Shown piece after piece: positions 27,632 to 41,750 of a DNA stretch of 64,000 bases; the first letter of the stretch is position 1; the number at the start of each line of letters is the position of its first letter. The notes below the pieces were generated by a model. It ran no database searches. It saw nothing but the letters and a program-made list of their open reading frames with translations, and was not told the DNA's origin. The translations under genes were made by a program, and so were the position numbers. Source of the stretch: Eledone cirrhosa (taxonomy: Eukaryota). The DNA lies in NCBI GenBank assembly GCA_964016885.1, contig OZ024740.1:381486001-381550000 (forward strand), given 5' to 3'.

Positions 27632-28278
27632 ACTTGCGCGTACATGCATGCACGCATATATATATATATATACACACCTGTATGGATTTGTGTGTGTAGA
27701 TGTGTGAGTGTTTGAGGGGGTAGGTGTGAGTGTATGTACAAGTCAACCAGCATAAACCTTTTATTTCTAAATTTTCCAAACTATCTAAGTATTGGACGCT
27801 AACCATTATATTAAGTATTACCACCCCACATTTTGTATGTGTGGATGTGTGTGTGTCTGTGGAGGTGGGTGTGAGTGTAGTGCAAGCCAACCTACATAAG
27901 TCTTTTTATTTGTGAATGTTCTACTCCAACCATAAATTTCAGTAGCACCCCTCAACATAAATTCCTCAATTTAAGAATGACCTGTAGTATCTATTCCATA
28001 CTATTAACCTTAATTGAATATATGTCTGACCAGGAATGCCTTTTGTGAAAATCAGTCATATGGAACTATTGTCATCTTGTCTGACGGTTTGAACTTTACA
28101 AAACCACCTGCCTCTTTGAGGTCAAATACCAACCCTACTACCATCTACAAACTGACCAATGAGAATCAAGACTATTCCTGCTGACAACATTAAATTATTC
28201 CTAACAAGCTCATATGTCCCAAGGCTCTGATACCATCAACACTATAAACACAGAGCTGGCATATCTAAGAACTGACTA

Positions 28279-28334
28279 ACTGCCTGATGAGGTCATAGCC
28301 ATTCAATGGCTATCATCGAAATATATATAGCAGT
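28279..28334 (+). ncRNA. Hammerhead ribozyme in the 3' pseudo-LTR
   Basis: Near-identical copy of 24312-24369. Confidence 0.88.
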
Positions 28335-28375
28335 AAATAAAAGATTATGAGTTCATGCAATTGACTTATGTTTCG

Positions 28376-28415
<40 letters not shown>

Positions 28416-28418
28416 TAT

Positions 28419-28504
<86 letters not shown>

Positions 28505-28505
<1 letters not shown>

Positions 28506-29160
28506 AACAAAAGCGTTTATTAGGATGGACACTAAAAGATGAAAGAATATCACTAATTTGGTTTTAGTCTACACCTTAAACAATTCCTCAAACGAACATA
28601 GGAATACAGCTAACTCTAACTTATCGAAGGTACCTTTGTAATTGCCCCAGCACTAACACTTCCCCACTAAACTCACAATGTCTAGCCAAGTACATCCTAT
28701 AAAATGCGATGTTAACGCCGATTCATAACGGAGACTCAAGTGAGGATAACATATAACCAATTCACGAAGCGGTGGTATACGCACAAATATACATTTTGTC
28801 ACAAAGACAATGCAAACTAAACGGCTTTAGCTGCTTATGTATGGGACTTCCAGCGGAATATAAAATCCTTCCAACTGAGCAATCCCTCCTCATTAAACTT
28901 TTTGAACATTTAACGCCCCTCATCTTCCCTGACCACAACATTGACTCTTCTCTGCTCTTCTCTGCTTTCTATTCTGCAAACTTTCTACTATTGCAAGGTT
29001 ACATAACATCTCATCTTGTATCTGGCATTCGCAACCTGCCACGTCTTTTGAGTTCCCTGCGGCATTCGTTATATCATTTTTCGCGAGCATGTGAACCTGC
29101 CATATACGGCCAAATGATTTCTGCATATGAATTGATCATATTTTATGTTGTTTGGTATAT
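28505..29160 (+). mobile_element. Degenerate Penelope GIY-YIG 3' fragment
   Basis: Manual translation across stops and shifts: CNCPSTNTSPLNSQCLAK..YKCDV and RWYTHKYTF.HK..TALAAYVW. Confidence 0.65.
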
Positions 29161-29166
29161 ATCTAT

Positions 29167-29292
29167 ATATATATTATAAGAACAGATTAAAGTTTAAGCA
29201 AAGAATCACTTCTTTCACCCTTCAGAAGATCCCGTTAAGAGTGAAAGCAGCGATTCTTTGCTTAAAATTTAATCTGTTCTTAAAATAAATAT
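29167..29292. repeat. Inverted repeat, ~42-50 bp arms, ~22-nt spacer
   Basis: TAAGAACAGATTAAAGTTTAAGCAAAGAATC / GATTCTTTGCTTAAAATTTAATCTGTTCTTA. Confidence 0.88.
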
Positions 29293-29363
29293 TTGCGGTT
29301 TTATATCTATATTATATAATCCTTAACGAGCCCTCTTCGAATTTTAGTCTTCACATTTATTAT

Positions 29364-29421
<58 letters not shown>

Positions 29422-29424
<3 letters not shown>

Positions 29425-29928
29425 AAGGGAGATAAGCTGACATATCTCTGTTTCGTACTGCTGATACTCCTTTGTTTGCTGAAAAAAGAAGTGACATAGT
29501 CACTACTTTAAAACAATAGCGCAAGGTCTTCAAAATGCTTTTAATTAAGCATATAATGTATTGCAAAATACACTATATATACATTCTATATCGCTATTTC
29601 AGAGCACCAATTCTAATTTTCAATTTTTGCTGGACTGGCAACCGTTCTGTATAATCAGTTCCTGATTATTACTGGAATTCTATAAGAATCCAACATTCAT
29701 AATTTTCACCAGGCGAAGGGAGTGCTAAGCTCTGAGGAGTACCAACAGTACGAAACAGAGATCTGTCAGTTTATCTCCCCTTGTTTGCTGAAAAAAGAAG
29801 TAAGTGACATAATCACTACTTTAAAACAATAGCGAAAGGTCTTCAAAATGCTTTTAATTAAGCATACAGTGTATTGCAAAATACACTATATATACATTCA
29901 CATATATATCGCTATTTCAGAGCACCAA

Positions 29929-29935
<7 letters not shown>
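29422..29935 (+). mobile_element. Non-coding mini Penelope-like / retrozyme-like element: 5' inversion, ~150-bp direct repeats, hammerhead, within (TA)n
   Basis: 29470-29617 repeats at 29779-29935; 29422-29471 is the reverse complement of 29735-29784. Confidence 0.8.
29726..29773 (+). ncRNA. Minimal type I hammerhead ribozyme
   Basis: TAAGCT-CTGAGGA-GTAC caaca GTAC-GAAA-CAG agat CTG-TC-AGTTTA; GUC triplet. Confidence 0.88.
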
Positions 29936-30020
<85 letters not shown>

Positions 30021-31234
30021 GCATATTATACATACATATATATGTATGTATTTGCGCGAGAAATGTATGCTGAAATCTTTAGAATATTTATTCGTTTGGT
30101 TTACTATTTTCTCCTACCTTCGTTAAAAGATAAAGAATTGACATTAATATGAAGTGGTTCTTATGAGTGTAACGGAATAAGAATGAACATGAAAATAAAA
30201 ACATTTTATATTACTTTCCTCGCCGCTACAAGATTCATTCAATTGAAAACTAACTCCACTTTGTCGTTTCCTTCGATTTCTGCAACAGGAAATGATCCTG
30301 ATAGCTAATTACAAATATATATGACTTATCTCTGATCTTTTGATCTAGACTTTTCATAATGCTGTCATTCCTAATTTCTAAAGAGGTTAGACAACTATAA
30401 TACATAATAGAAGAAAAAAAACTAGAAAACTTAATCACACTACTTATATTAATTACTTTTTCTTGGTTTCGCATATTTCAGCAAAGATATTTAGAAATAA
30501 TAGAAGTATTTCAAGAAGAAATATATATTATAGATGAATGTGGCTTTGAATATTAAGACAGCTTTGGGAGTGTGTTAATGTTGACTTAAAAGCTGTGGAT
30601 TGTCAGGATTATATTCATCTTTCAATGACACATTCACGTAGGTTATATGGAAATATAACTATCTAAGCGGAACAATCCATTCTTAGATGAATACAGGATT
30701 TTTATAGCTTTTCTTGTCGACGTCTCCGGTTTCACAAGCTAGCTTTTCATATTTAAACCCATTAACATATTCTCTCATTTTGCTATCATTTAATTGAATG
30801 GCATAGTCCACTATGGAATAAATTACATGGATGTTCTTAACTTTCAATCTGTCCTATATATATATCAACCGTGATACCAACTATCGATATTTAGTGAGAG
30901 ATTAGTTATAGATAAAGAAAAGAAGCAACCTTGTTTTGATTTCATGTTTAATTTATTTTATTTCATTTGCAACACTACGCAATCGTTCTTAAAATAAACA
31001 GACAGATTGTGTCAAACACAAAATGTGACTATTTGACTATTCTAAACAGGCTTTTCATGCTCCCACTGGGCCTTAGTGTGTTTCAGTTGAACAAATATTC
31101 CAAGTGGGATATTAAGCAAAGGCAACTTCGGAGTTACCAATCACCTAACACACCAGCCAACCAACACATATCTGTAGTAACAAACCATCTATCTATCTCT
31201 CTTTTTCAACCGACATGGCAAATTTACGAGTAGT

Positions 31235-33459
31235 ATGTCTGAAGTTGCGTCGTTGGGGATGCCCTGGAAACAGGGCCATCTTTTAAATTACCTCAGGTCA
31301 AACCATATGAATGTGATAGCCGTCAGCGAGTCAAGGATTCACGACAAATAGCAGCTAACCGCCATAACGACGCCGTCGAGACCTATGCATCTCCTTGTCA
31401 GCCGGAAGGTGGAGGGGGAGTTGCTGTAATGTTTCGGAAAAACCTGGACCTCGAAATACAGACAATCTTCTTCGACCCGGAGGTCAAGTTGATGGTACTA
31501 GACGCGAATGGCACTGAAAGTGGAGCTATCAGACTGGTGGTCGTCTATGCCCCGACTGGGACATCAAAGCCGGAGTTCTTTTAGCGCCTAGAGTCTTTCC
31601 TGGGAACGTCTCGCTCGTTATTGTTAGCAAGGGACTGGAATGGTATCTTGGGCGCACGTTGGGACTATGTAGGGGCATGTGATAGTAGAGCGGGTATAAT
31701 AGCCTCAAAAATCTTATCAGCCAATTCCAACTGGCTGATAGATATCGACTAGATTTCCCAAGTGCACCACTGTGGACGTGGAGCAACCGCACTGGGTCTT
31801 CTAGAACGTATTTAGATAGATTCTAATTAGACAAAACGATAGGGAAACCTTAAACTGTCCACAAATGCACATGTTTGCCTATTTAGACCACAAATTAGTA
31901 ACCTACATAGTCAACCTTGATAGAACACATAAACAGGGACCCGGATACTGAAAGTTAAACATGTCGCTCCCGACGCGTAAAGACTCCAGTAAACGGAGTA
32001 GCACTTTAGTTAAATGCCAGTTGACGGGCGCCATCGTCAACAACAGGTGGTGGTGTTCTCTCAAGAGGGCAATTATTGTAGAATCAATAGCCTTTAGCAA
32101 GGAAGTAGCTTTAGAAAAGAAAACGACAGAAAAGGAATTGGTAGCCAAAGTAGAAGAGGCAATTAGGAGTGGCAATACAGCTGATGTGCTAGCGGCGAGA
32201 ACGACACTAGACCAGTTCTTCAACGTTAAACATCTCTGTATTGTCAGAAGTAAAACACGTGCTCTGAGAAACGAATGAGCGAAAGCTGTTAGCTGGGCCC
32301 GAGTGGCTGCGACAAAAAGTGGCAAGAAATCCACAATTCAGCCTTTGAAAGACCAACACAGACGCATACTACTTGAATCCAGGAAGATGTGCACGACCTT
32401 CCATCAGCATTTTGCACAACTGTTCGGGCATAGCGGTGTGTCGAGCGGGTGACGGACTTCTGTTCCTAACTCGACGGCCTACCGCGACTTTTGAACACGT
32501 ATGCAGAGAGCTGCGAAATAGATGACGACCTAGGCCACTGTGGGAAACACAAATAACCCGGTTTAGATGGTCGACTCTACGTGTCTTACATAGGCATGCC
32601 AAACTTGTTCTCTGACGTCCTTGCAACAGAACGGGAGAATTCCCAATTCTGTAAGCAGAGGCATAGTAATGCTGATCAGGAAAGATGAGAACAAAAGGGA
32701 TAACATAACCAATTTCTGGCCCATACATCTGCTCAACACAGAGCTGAAGATTTTGGCCAATGTGTTAGCAGCGAGGCTGAAGCTCGTCGTCGAGAACCTG
32801 GTAGTGGAAGCACAAACGAGTGCAATCCCGACGAGGCCCATACACGACAACTTCCACCTCATGCGATACATAGTAGAGAGGGTAGGGTGTAACCTTGGCT
32901 TCGGTGGGGCTCTGATCAATTTAGAACAATCTAAGGTATTTGATAGGGTCGACCATCGGTACCTGGAGGTTGTCTTCTGACTGGTGGCTATGGCGAAAAA
33001 GGTAGTATGGTGGGCGAGGTTGAAAGGACAGAGGGCAAACACCTTCCTCTCCGGATAACAACTCAATCCCTTCTTTAAATACCACTTCAGAAGAAAGGTG
33101 AGAGTGGAGAGAGAGGTGCTGCACTCCAGTAAATTGGCTGAAAGGTGGGTGAATGTGGCGAAAATGGCCCGAGTGAATGGGCCTTCTCTGTATATAAACC
33201 TGTAGGTTGAGGAAGACAAAAGACGGAAGACGGGAACCTACAAAACGTGCTCTGGGTGTTGAGGGTTGTTTATCTCCGGGGTGTAAAACAACATCGCAGT
33301 AACGTTCCCACCCTATAGGGGATTTCGATTATTATTTTATTCTAATATAAAGTTTATTATAATTTATTAATGTAAAAGTTTACACAATTTGTATGTAAAA
33401 TCCCCGTCGTCACCTCTTGTAATGACCCATTTCTTGAGTGCCCTTATGGCAAAAAAAGA

Positions 33460-33460
<1 letters not shown>
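31235..33460 (+). mobile_element. Degenerate Tx1 LINE ORF2 copy with a large internal deletion (~32978) and 3' UTR ending in (ATCT)n
   Basis: Collinear with 110-1920 and then 3300-3790 (LTGAIVNNRWW, QQNGRIP, HLMRYIVERV, DRVDHRYL, ARVNGPSLY). Confidence 0.9.
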
Positions 33461-33522
<62 letters not shown>

Positions 33523-33860
33523 GGAGAGAGAGGTGCTGTACCCCAGCAAGTTTTATGAAAGGTGGGTGAAAGTGGCGAGAATGGCCCGAGTGAATGGGCC
33601 TTCTCTCTATATCAGCCTGTAGGTTGAGGAAAGGCGGAGGAGAGGAAGGGAGTACAAACTCTTCGTACTCCTGGAGATGAGGGTTGCACATTTTTTCGGG
33701 GGTATGTGTTAGCCATATGAACTGTCTCCCCCTATTGGGGAAAATCGACTAATTTTTTAAATTGCATTTCGGATAACATTTTACACGTTTTTATTGAGTA
33801 TAAACTTCCCCCTTTGTATTTGTCCCCTTCTTTTGTGCCCCTGTGGCTAATAAAGAAACA
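33523..33860 (+). mobile_element. 5'-truncated Tx1 copy flanked on both sides by (ATCT)n
   Basis: EREVLYPSKFYERWVKVARMARVNGPSLYISL plus 3' UTR ending AATAAAGAAAC. Confidence 0.88.
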
Positions 33861-35085
33861 TATCTATCTATCTATCTCTCTATATATCTAGTTATCTGTC
33901 TGTCTGCCTATCTATCTGTCTAACTGTCTCCCCCTCTACATGACTATTTGACGTCATGCCTATATAATTATATACAGTATATTCTTTTCTGCAATCTCTA
34001 TTCTCTAATAATATTCTTTACTTCATTCTTTTATTTATTTATTTATTTATTTCCTCTTTGTGGTCTGTCATTTATCCTTTCTCGCCTTCGTTTTCTAAAT
34101 CTGTTCATTTTCCCCAATTATTTCTCTCCTTTTTCTATTCTTTTCCCAAGTGGAAACATTTGAGGAACATTCCTACATAAGGTAGCATGACAGGAACAAA
34201 TCAATTTCTTTTATATTAACCCAATGCTTTGGAATTCTATTTCATCATCACCCCTAACTTCAAAATTTCTAATAAATGGACATCTTAATTTGAAATTATA
34301 AAACTATGAAGTAATTTTTAATTAAATGCAGCATTAATATTCGTGAATTAAATTAGTTAAACGTCAAGAGTGTTTTGTTTTATGAAAAGTTTATAAATAA
34401 CGAGAAGTAAAAGCGTGCATAAATTTCACGAATTTAAATATTAAAAAAATTGTGAAATTTTATTAATGTTTTTTTGTCAAGTGTACAATATTTCAGAATT
34501 TCAAAGAACAGAGATGTTATGCACAATAACAAAAGTAATAAGAAAAAGAGAATTAAGTAGAAATCAGTTATTCTTCGCCCATACCCTCGATTCAAATCAA
34601 GACTTGTGAGGGAAATTAGGTAGTGAGAAACCGTGCGGAACTGTGTCGGATGGAATTCACTCGTTCATGGAAAGTAGACTCAAGCCACTGCACGGTTTCA
34701 CAAAGCAACATGATCTCTAGATTATGTTAGTGAACTCCACTTTATTGCAAGCCATTGTAGCAGGTTTTCAGCATGAATATAATTCAAAAGTCATAGTTTT
34801 ATTTTTAATCCATCCTACCGATTCATGAGGCCTTAAAACAAATTAACAGACATGAGCTTGCTTCGTCTAAGACATGCGATTAAATATCAATGGGTAATTC
34901 TTTATCTAGCCATGTTAGTGAGAGACGTTGGATTGGGATAAATTCTACGATAACGGTAATGTCACAAACCCGTACATGTTCAAAGACAATGGAAACGACA
35001 AAAGCGTCTAATACTATCGGTATAGCATTTGCTATCGCGTACAGGACGGAACGATTGACATTTTATCTGACAATCTCAATTTCTT

Positions 35086-35300
35086 GGGTGACGGATTGGC
35101 CCAATCGTTAGATCATCGAACAAAATGCTTTGCGCATTTAATTACGGCTTTTTACATTCTATTTTCAATTTCCACTAAGGTCAACTTTTCTTTTCATCCT
35201 TTTTGGATCAATAAAGCAAATTACCCGTAAAATACCAAGGCCGAGTTAATCAACTTTCCCGTCCCTCCAAAATTGATGGCTTTATGGGAAAATTAGAGAC
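35086..35300 (+). mobile_element. Degenerate OK-like SINE
   Basis: Collinear with 8781-8995. Confidence 0.7.
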
Positions 35301-35695
35301 CAAGATCTGGAAATTGTAAGTATAGTCTTAGTTGATTAAAGTTTAAATTTTCCAACTTGAGAACATTTGTATGTGTACACTTCATGCAGAATACTCCTTT
35401 CAGGAACTTCTGCTTCTAAATGTTGTCCGCTTCCACATACATGCACACACACACGCGCTCGCACACACTCATACACACAATGTCATTATAGTTTTGCTCC
35501 AGGTCACACTGATCGGGAAAACCTTTGAGCAAAGAAGTTTTAGTCATGGCTATCCGGTTTTTTAAAATGAATTTGACTTTTATTTATGTAAAACGATCCA
35601 ATCTTATTTAAGGAAAATTAGCATTCTTGTGACATTTCATTAGGTAGTAGTGGTGCAGAATATCTGCTGTATGGGTTCCGTTATAACATTACATG

Positions 35696-35900
35696 TTAAA
35701 CGGGTAGAAAGAATCGCAGGACTAATTTTAAAGGCAAACTCAACTGGCAGGATGTCCAGGGGTAGACCCCCAAAAAGATGGCTGGATAACATCCATGATC
35801 TCGACTTGTCTCACTAGAGGATCTAGCTTTGGAGAGGTTTGCTTCTGACACAGCCGCTGAAATGCGTGCTTGAGGATTCTGTCCCAATGGCCGGCCCAAT
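35696..35900 (+). mobile_element. RTE 3' fragment
   Basis: CCAGGGGTAGACCC..AGATGGCTGGATAACATCCATGA matches the reverse of 10500-10600. Confidence 0.7.
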
Positions 35901-35924
35901 AACAGCAACAGCAGCAACAACAAT

Positions 35925-36106
35925 AATTGTTTCTACTTTTGGCACAAGGCCAGCAGTATTACTGGTACTTTATTTTATCGACCCCCGTAAGAATGAAAGG
36001 CAAAGTTACCCTCGGCGGGATTTGAACTCAGAATGGCAAGGGCCGTAACTCTATGCGTCAAAGCATTGCGTCCGGCCCTCTACCGATACTGCCAATCCAC
36101 CGCCTA
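35925..36106 (-). mobile_element. OK-like SINE (a partial 3' copy follows at ~36130-36192)
   Basis: Reverse complement of the 9001 copy, with B box GAGTTCAAATCC. Confidence 0.85.
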
Positions 36107-36194
36107 ATGCAGCAACAACAATAATAAAATAGTTTCTACTTTTGGCACAAGGCCAACAATTATACCAGTGCATTACTGGTGCTTTATTTTATTG

Positions 36195-36935
36195 ATTGTG
36201 GTGGTGATGGTTTTATTGGTGTTGTGAGTGCGATGTCTGCGGTTTTAGTTGTTTGTGTGTTTACTTGTTCTTGTGTCTGTTCAGGTTGTTTGCGTTTGGG
36301 GGATTCTGGTGATGATGATTGTATTTATGGTGTTGTTGTTAGGGAGATGTTTGCATGGGTGTTGTCTGCATTCTTTATTGTGGGTAATGTTGTGCTTTGT
36401 GGAGTATTTTTCTTTGTGTGTTTTCTTTTTTACTTTTTGGGAGATTTTGGTTTTCCCTCATCTTCACTACTGGAAGATGAGGGGGTCTGTGTCTGCGTAT
36501 GTGTTAATGTTTTTGTTCATGTGTGTATTTGAGGGAGGAGGAATGGAGAGCTTTCCTCGTTTTACCTCTGGGTGGCCAATGTTGGTGAAGGCGTTTCCAT
36601 TTGTGTTTTCGTTTGTAGTTTTGCCGGTGCTGGTATTCGTGGTGGTCCTCGCTCCCGACGTCGGCAGCGGTGGAGGCCTTCGTCCCCTTGCACCTATCTG
36701 CAGTTGGGGGCAGAAGGCTCACAAATGGGTTGTTTCTCCGCAAACGAACCTAATGCGGCCTTTTGCCCTCAGACATTATATGTACCACCATCCCGTTCTG
36801 GAGACGGATTGTTTTTACATTCTCGGGTCTGATCTGCAGAATTATCTCCTGGTCAATCCCGGATCAGTCCTCCCTGGCAGTCCTTGTCATCTCTTTACGG
36901 AACTCCAAAAAATACTTCTACACTGTCTGACAGCC
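36195..36935 (-). mobile_element. L1/Tx1 ORF1-like fragment (zinc knuckle followed by low-complexity tail)
   Basis: Manual minus-strand translation VHIMSEGKRPH*/FVCGETTHL*AFCP resembles a decayed CX2CX4HX4C knuckle. Confidence 0.55.
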
Positions 36936-36949
36936 AATAATAATAATAA

Positions 36950-37128
36950 TGATTGTTTCTACTTTTATGCACAAGGCCAGCAATTAACCAGTGCATTACT
37001 GGTACTTTATTTTATCGACCCCGTAAGGAAGAAAGGCAAAGTCAACCTCGGCGGGATTTGAACTCAGATCGTAAAGGGACGTAACTATGCTGGAAAGCAT
37101 GGCGTCCGACCCTCCACCGATACTGCCA
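36950..37128 (-). mobile_element. OK-like SINE
   Basis: Reverse complement of the 9001 copy. Confidence 0.85.
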
Positions 37129-38614
37129 GAATAAGAAGATCGTGTAGAATATGTGCTGTGCATTATATTGAAAGTGTACTGCTAATGAACTGAAAGATTC
37201 ATGAGCAAGTTGTGGGCTGTATATAGACTGTTTAAATATTTAAATCCTTGCGTTGTTAATTTCTTTATTCTACCTATTGCTTCGTACTCCATAATGCTTT
37301 TTCCACAACATCTGTCGAGTCTTGAAGAATATTGGACATAGTTTTTCTCTCTAGATTGTATGGTTTTGACTTTGGTTCTTAATTCGTTTTTTTTTTAATT
37401 TAACGTCTCCGTTGTTTTGTCCTTATATACAACATTTTTTTCAGATTAGTTTCTAGATGCCACTTTATTATCTTCTATATACTGGGAAAAGCGTTTTGTT
37501 TTCTTTTTCCTTTATTAAATTAAGCAATTTCCGTTCCCTTCCTTCTAACTAGTTTTCTAAACCTACTTTATTTATATAATATGGTTTCTCAAAAATAAAT
37601 TAGATTTGCTATGTTTTATTTATATATCTATATATCAGTTTGAGAGGAGATCATAATTTGTATTTATCTTTTCTATTTAGGAGAAAGAACGTTGTTAATT
37701 CTTTATGGCTCGAAGACACCATATATATATTTACATTGCAACAGCTGTCATGATGGGATATGAGTTACAAACTAGTGGCAGTCAACTTCCTTCTGGGGAG
37801 GAAAACAAAGAGAAATCATTTTTGATTTGGGAAATATTGCCTAGATAACTAATATTTATGTTACTAACAGCAACACAAATAATAAAATTAACAAAATAAA
37901 TGATAATACTGAGCAAATCTCCGTTGAACGTATGTGAATAACAATAACCTCAACAATTTGAGTAGCAACTGTCGTAAGACTTTTCGCAAGTACAACATAT
38001 AGAACTGCAATATTGAAAAGAATATACCGGAAAGGAAAAAAAATAGTTGTAGACCCATTCACGAACAAATTTTGCTCTCTGGGTGAAGTCGGAACAAATG
38101 AAGGAAATACGTATATGTGTCAGCACCGAACAAGGAATACTATTTGTAAGAGAATTATGTCAGAAAAAGAGTAAAAGATAATATAAATTTGTTGGTCTTG
38201 CCATTAACCTAAGTTGACTGGAAAATCCATTTCAAGCATTTGAGGATAAAATTAAATACTTCATGTCACACATAAACAATGTGACAAGGGTGATCTCATT
38301 TAAATTAAGAGACATTACATTTCGTTCCTAGGAACTGCCGAAAAATAAAATAAACAACGAAAATACGACATTGCAATAAGCGTGTCAGAAAAGGTCACAC
38401 GAGTGCTTATTTATAGATACAAAGGGCTTCTGAAGGTCATGACAATGACAATATAATCAGCGATCAATCTTTGGATTTTCGTAGCCTTTATAGATGTTTC
38501 AGTGGAGCTAGATGACATCATAGGTGCCTTTCGACAGATACTATAATTGTTAGAAATACCGGCTGAATATAACAAAAACCATATAAAGATTGAGTTGGAT
38601 CGCGAGTGTATTAT

Positions 38615-39069
38615 AATTCATAGAATAATGAAAAGAACTCAACGTAAGAAAGTTGTAAACAGCAAAATGACGTCAATGTCAGCGTCAGGTAAAATGTACC
38701 TCAAAGGACAGAAATCAGCGGATATAAGTATGTTGGCCCGTCGAGGTGATAAGAAGAAAGGAGCAAACGAAGAAAATGAACGAGAGAAGATCATACGAAC
38801 ATCTTTTAACCTCTTCAGCTCTCAGATCGACTGGTTTCGCACAATTTAACATTCGGTCCAAGAGTTGAAGAGTTTAAAAGATGTTTGTGAGATCTTGTCT
38901 CGTCTACTTTCTTCTGTTGCTCCTTTCTTCCTATCACTTATACGGGCTAACAGACTTCTAGCGGCTGATGTCTGTCCTTTGAGGTAAATCTTACCGACGC
39001 TGTCATTTACGGCATTTTGCTGTTTTAACAGGTTTCTTGCGTTGAGTTGTTCTCATCATTCTATGAATT
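38615..39069. repeat. Long imperfect fold-back, ~220-bp arms with ~16-nt loop
   Basis: Arms pair throughout, e.g. TACCTCAAAGGACAGA/TCTGTCCTTTGAGGTA, AAGAAAGGAGCAA/TTGCTCCTTTCTT, AATTCATAGAAT/ATTCTATGAATT. Confidence 0.9.
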
Positions 39070-39071
39070 TA

Positions 39072-39183
<112 letters not shown>

Positions 39184-39924
39184 GAGTGGATTCTCATCAC
39201 TTGAGGGCTTTGAATCAAGCAACCGGTCATTCAGAACTAAATACCAATAAAATACTCATTAAACATATATTTTCCACCTATATCTTGAGATGTGTCAACG
39301 AATAAATATAAACCACAATTAAATATTCAAATACATCAGTACGTCTTGCTGAATGGCTGCAAGCCACTTGATTTAGATATGGTAGTCAGAAATACAATTT
39401 CTTCCATCACACAACGACTCTCATTCCGTTCTTGTTGACTGCGTATTAATACCTCATCCTGTCAGCAATAGACGTGTGTGTCTGTAGTGTTATTTAGGAA
39501 GGCAAAGATGATCCTTTTAGTTTCCAATAGTACGTTGGGGACCTTGGACATCATTAACACAAATCAGCAAATTAGTTTATCCAGAGAACTATCATTTATA
39601 TTGTATGTATTAATCAACCAAAGGAGTGGTAGAAGCTATAGCGTATTAAGATAAAATTATTCTTATTACTTAATAGGAGAACACTAGAAATGTGCGCTAA
39701 GTGCAGCGGTCAAGAAGAGTTAATATATTAACTTTTCAGGCAACTGCCTTTCCTCTCAGACTGTTTAAAAGTGAGAGAATGTGACATTATTGTTTTAACT
39801 GCAACTAATTAACTTCGTACACTGAACCTATCCATCCCCATAGAATTGATAAATATAATTATGAACACTACTAAGGTGTGCAGCCTCCCAATAATTTTGA
39901 GGCCGTGTGGCAACGGAAGATATT

Positions 39925-41750
<1,826 letters not shown>

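Larger units (their letters stand above)
22707..28380 (+). mobile_element. Penelope-like element (Naiad-type) with pseudo-LTR arrangement, inserted in (TA)n
   Basis: 22707-24416 is a direct repeat of 26702-28380 (GIY-YIG, 3' UTR, hammerhead); the central ORF has ADKTNNLY, IKDHKPDF..VRLI, DITMGS, GGMYRDD, VNFLD; (TA)n on both flanks. Confidence 0.93.
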
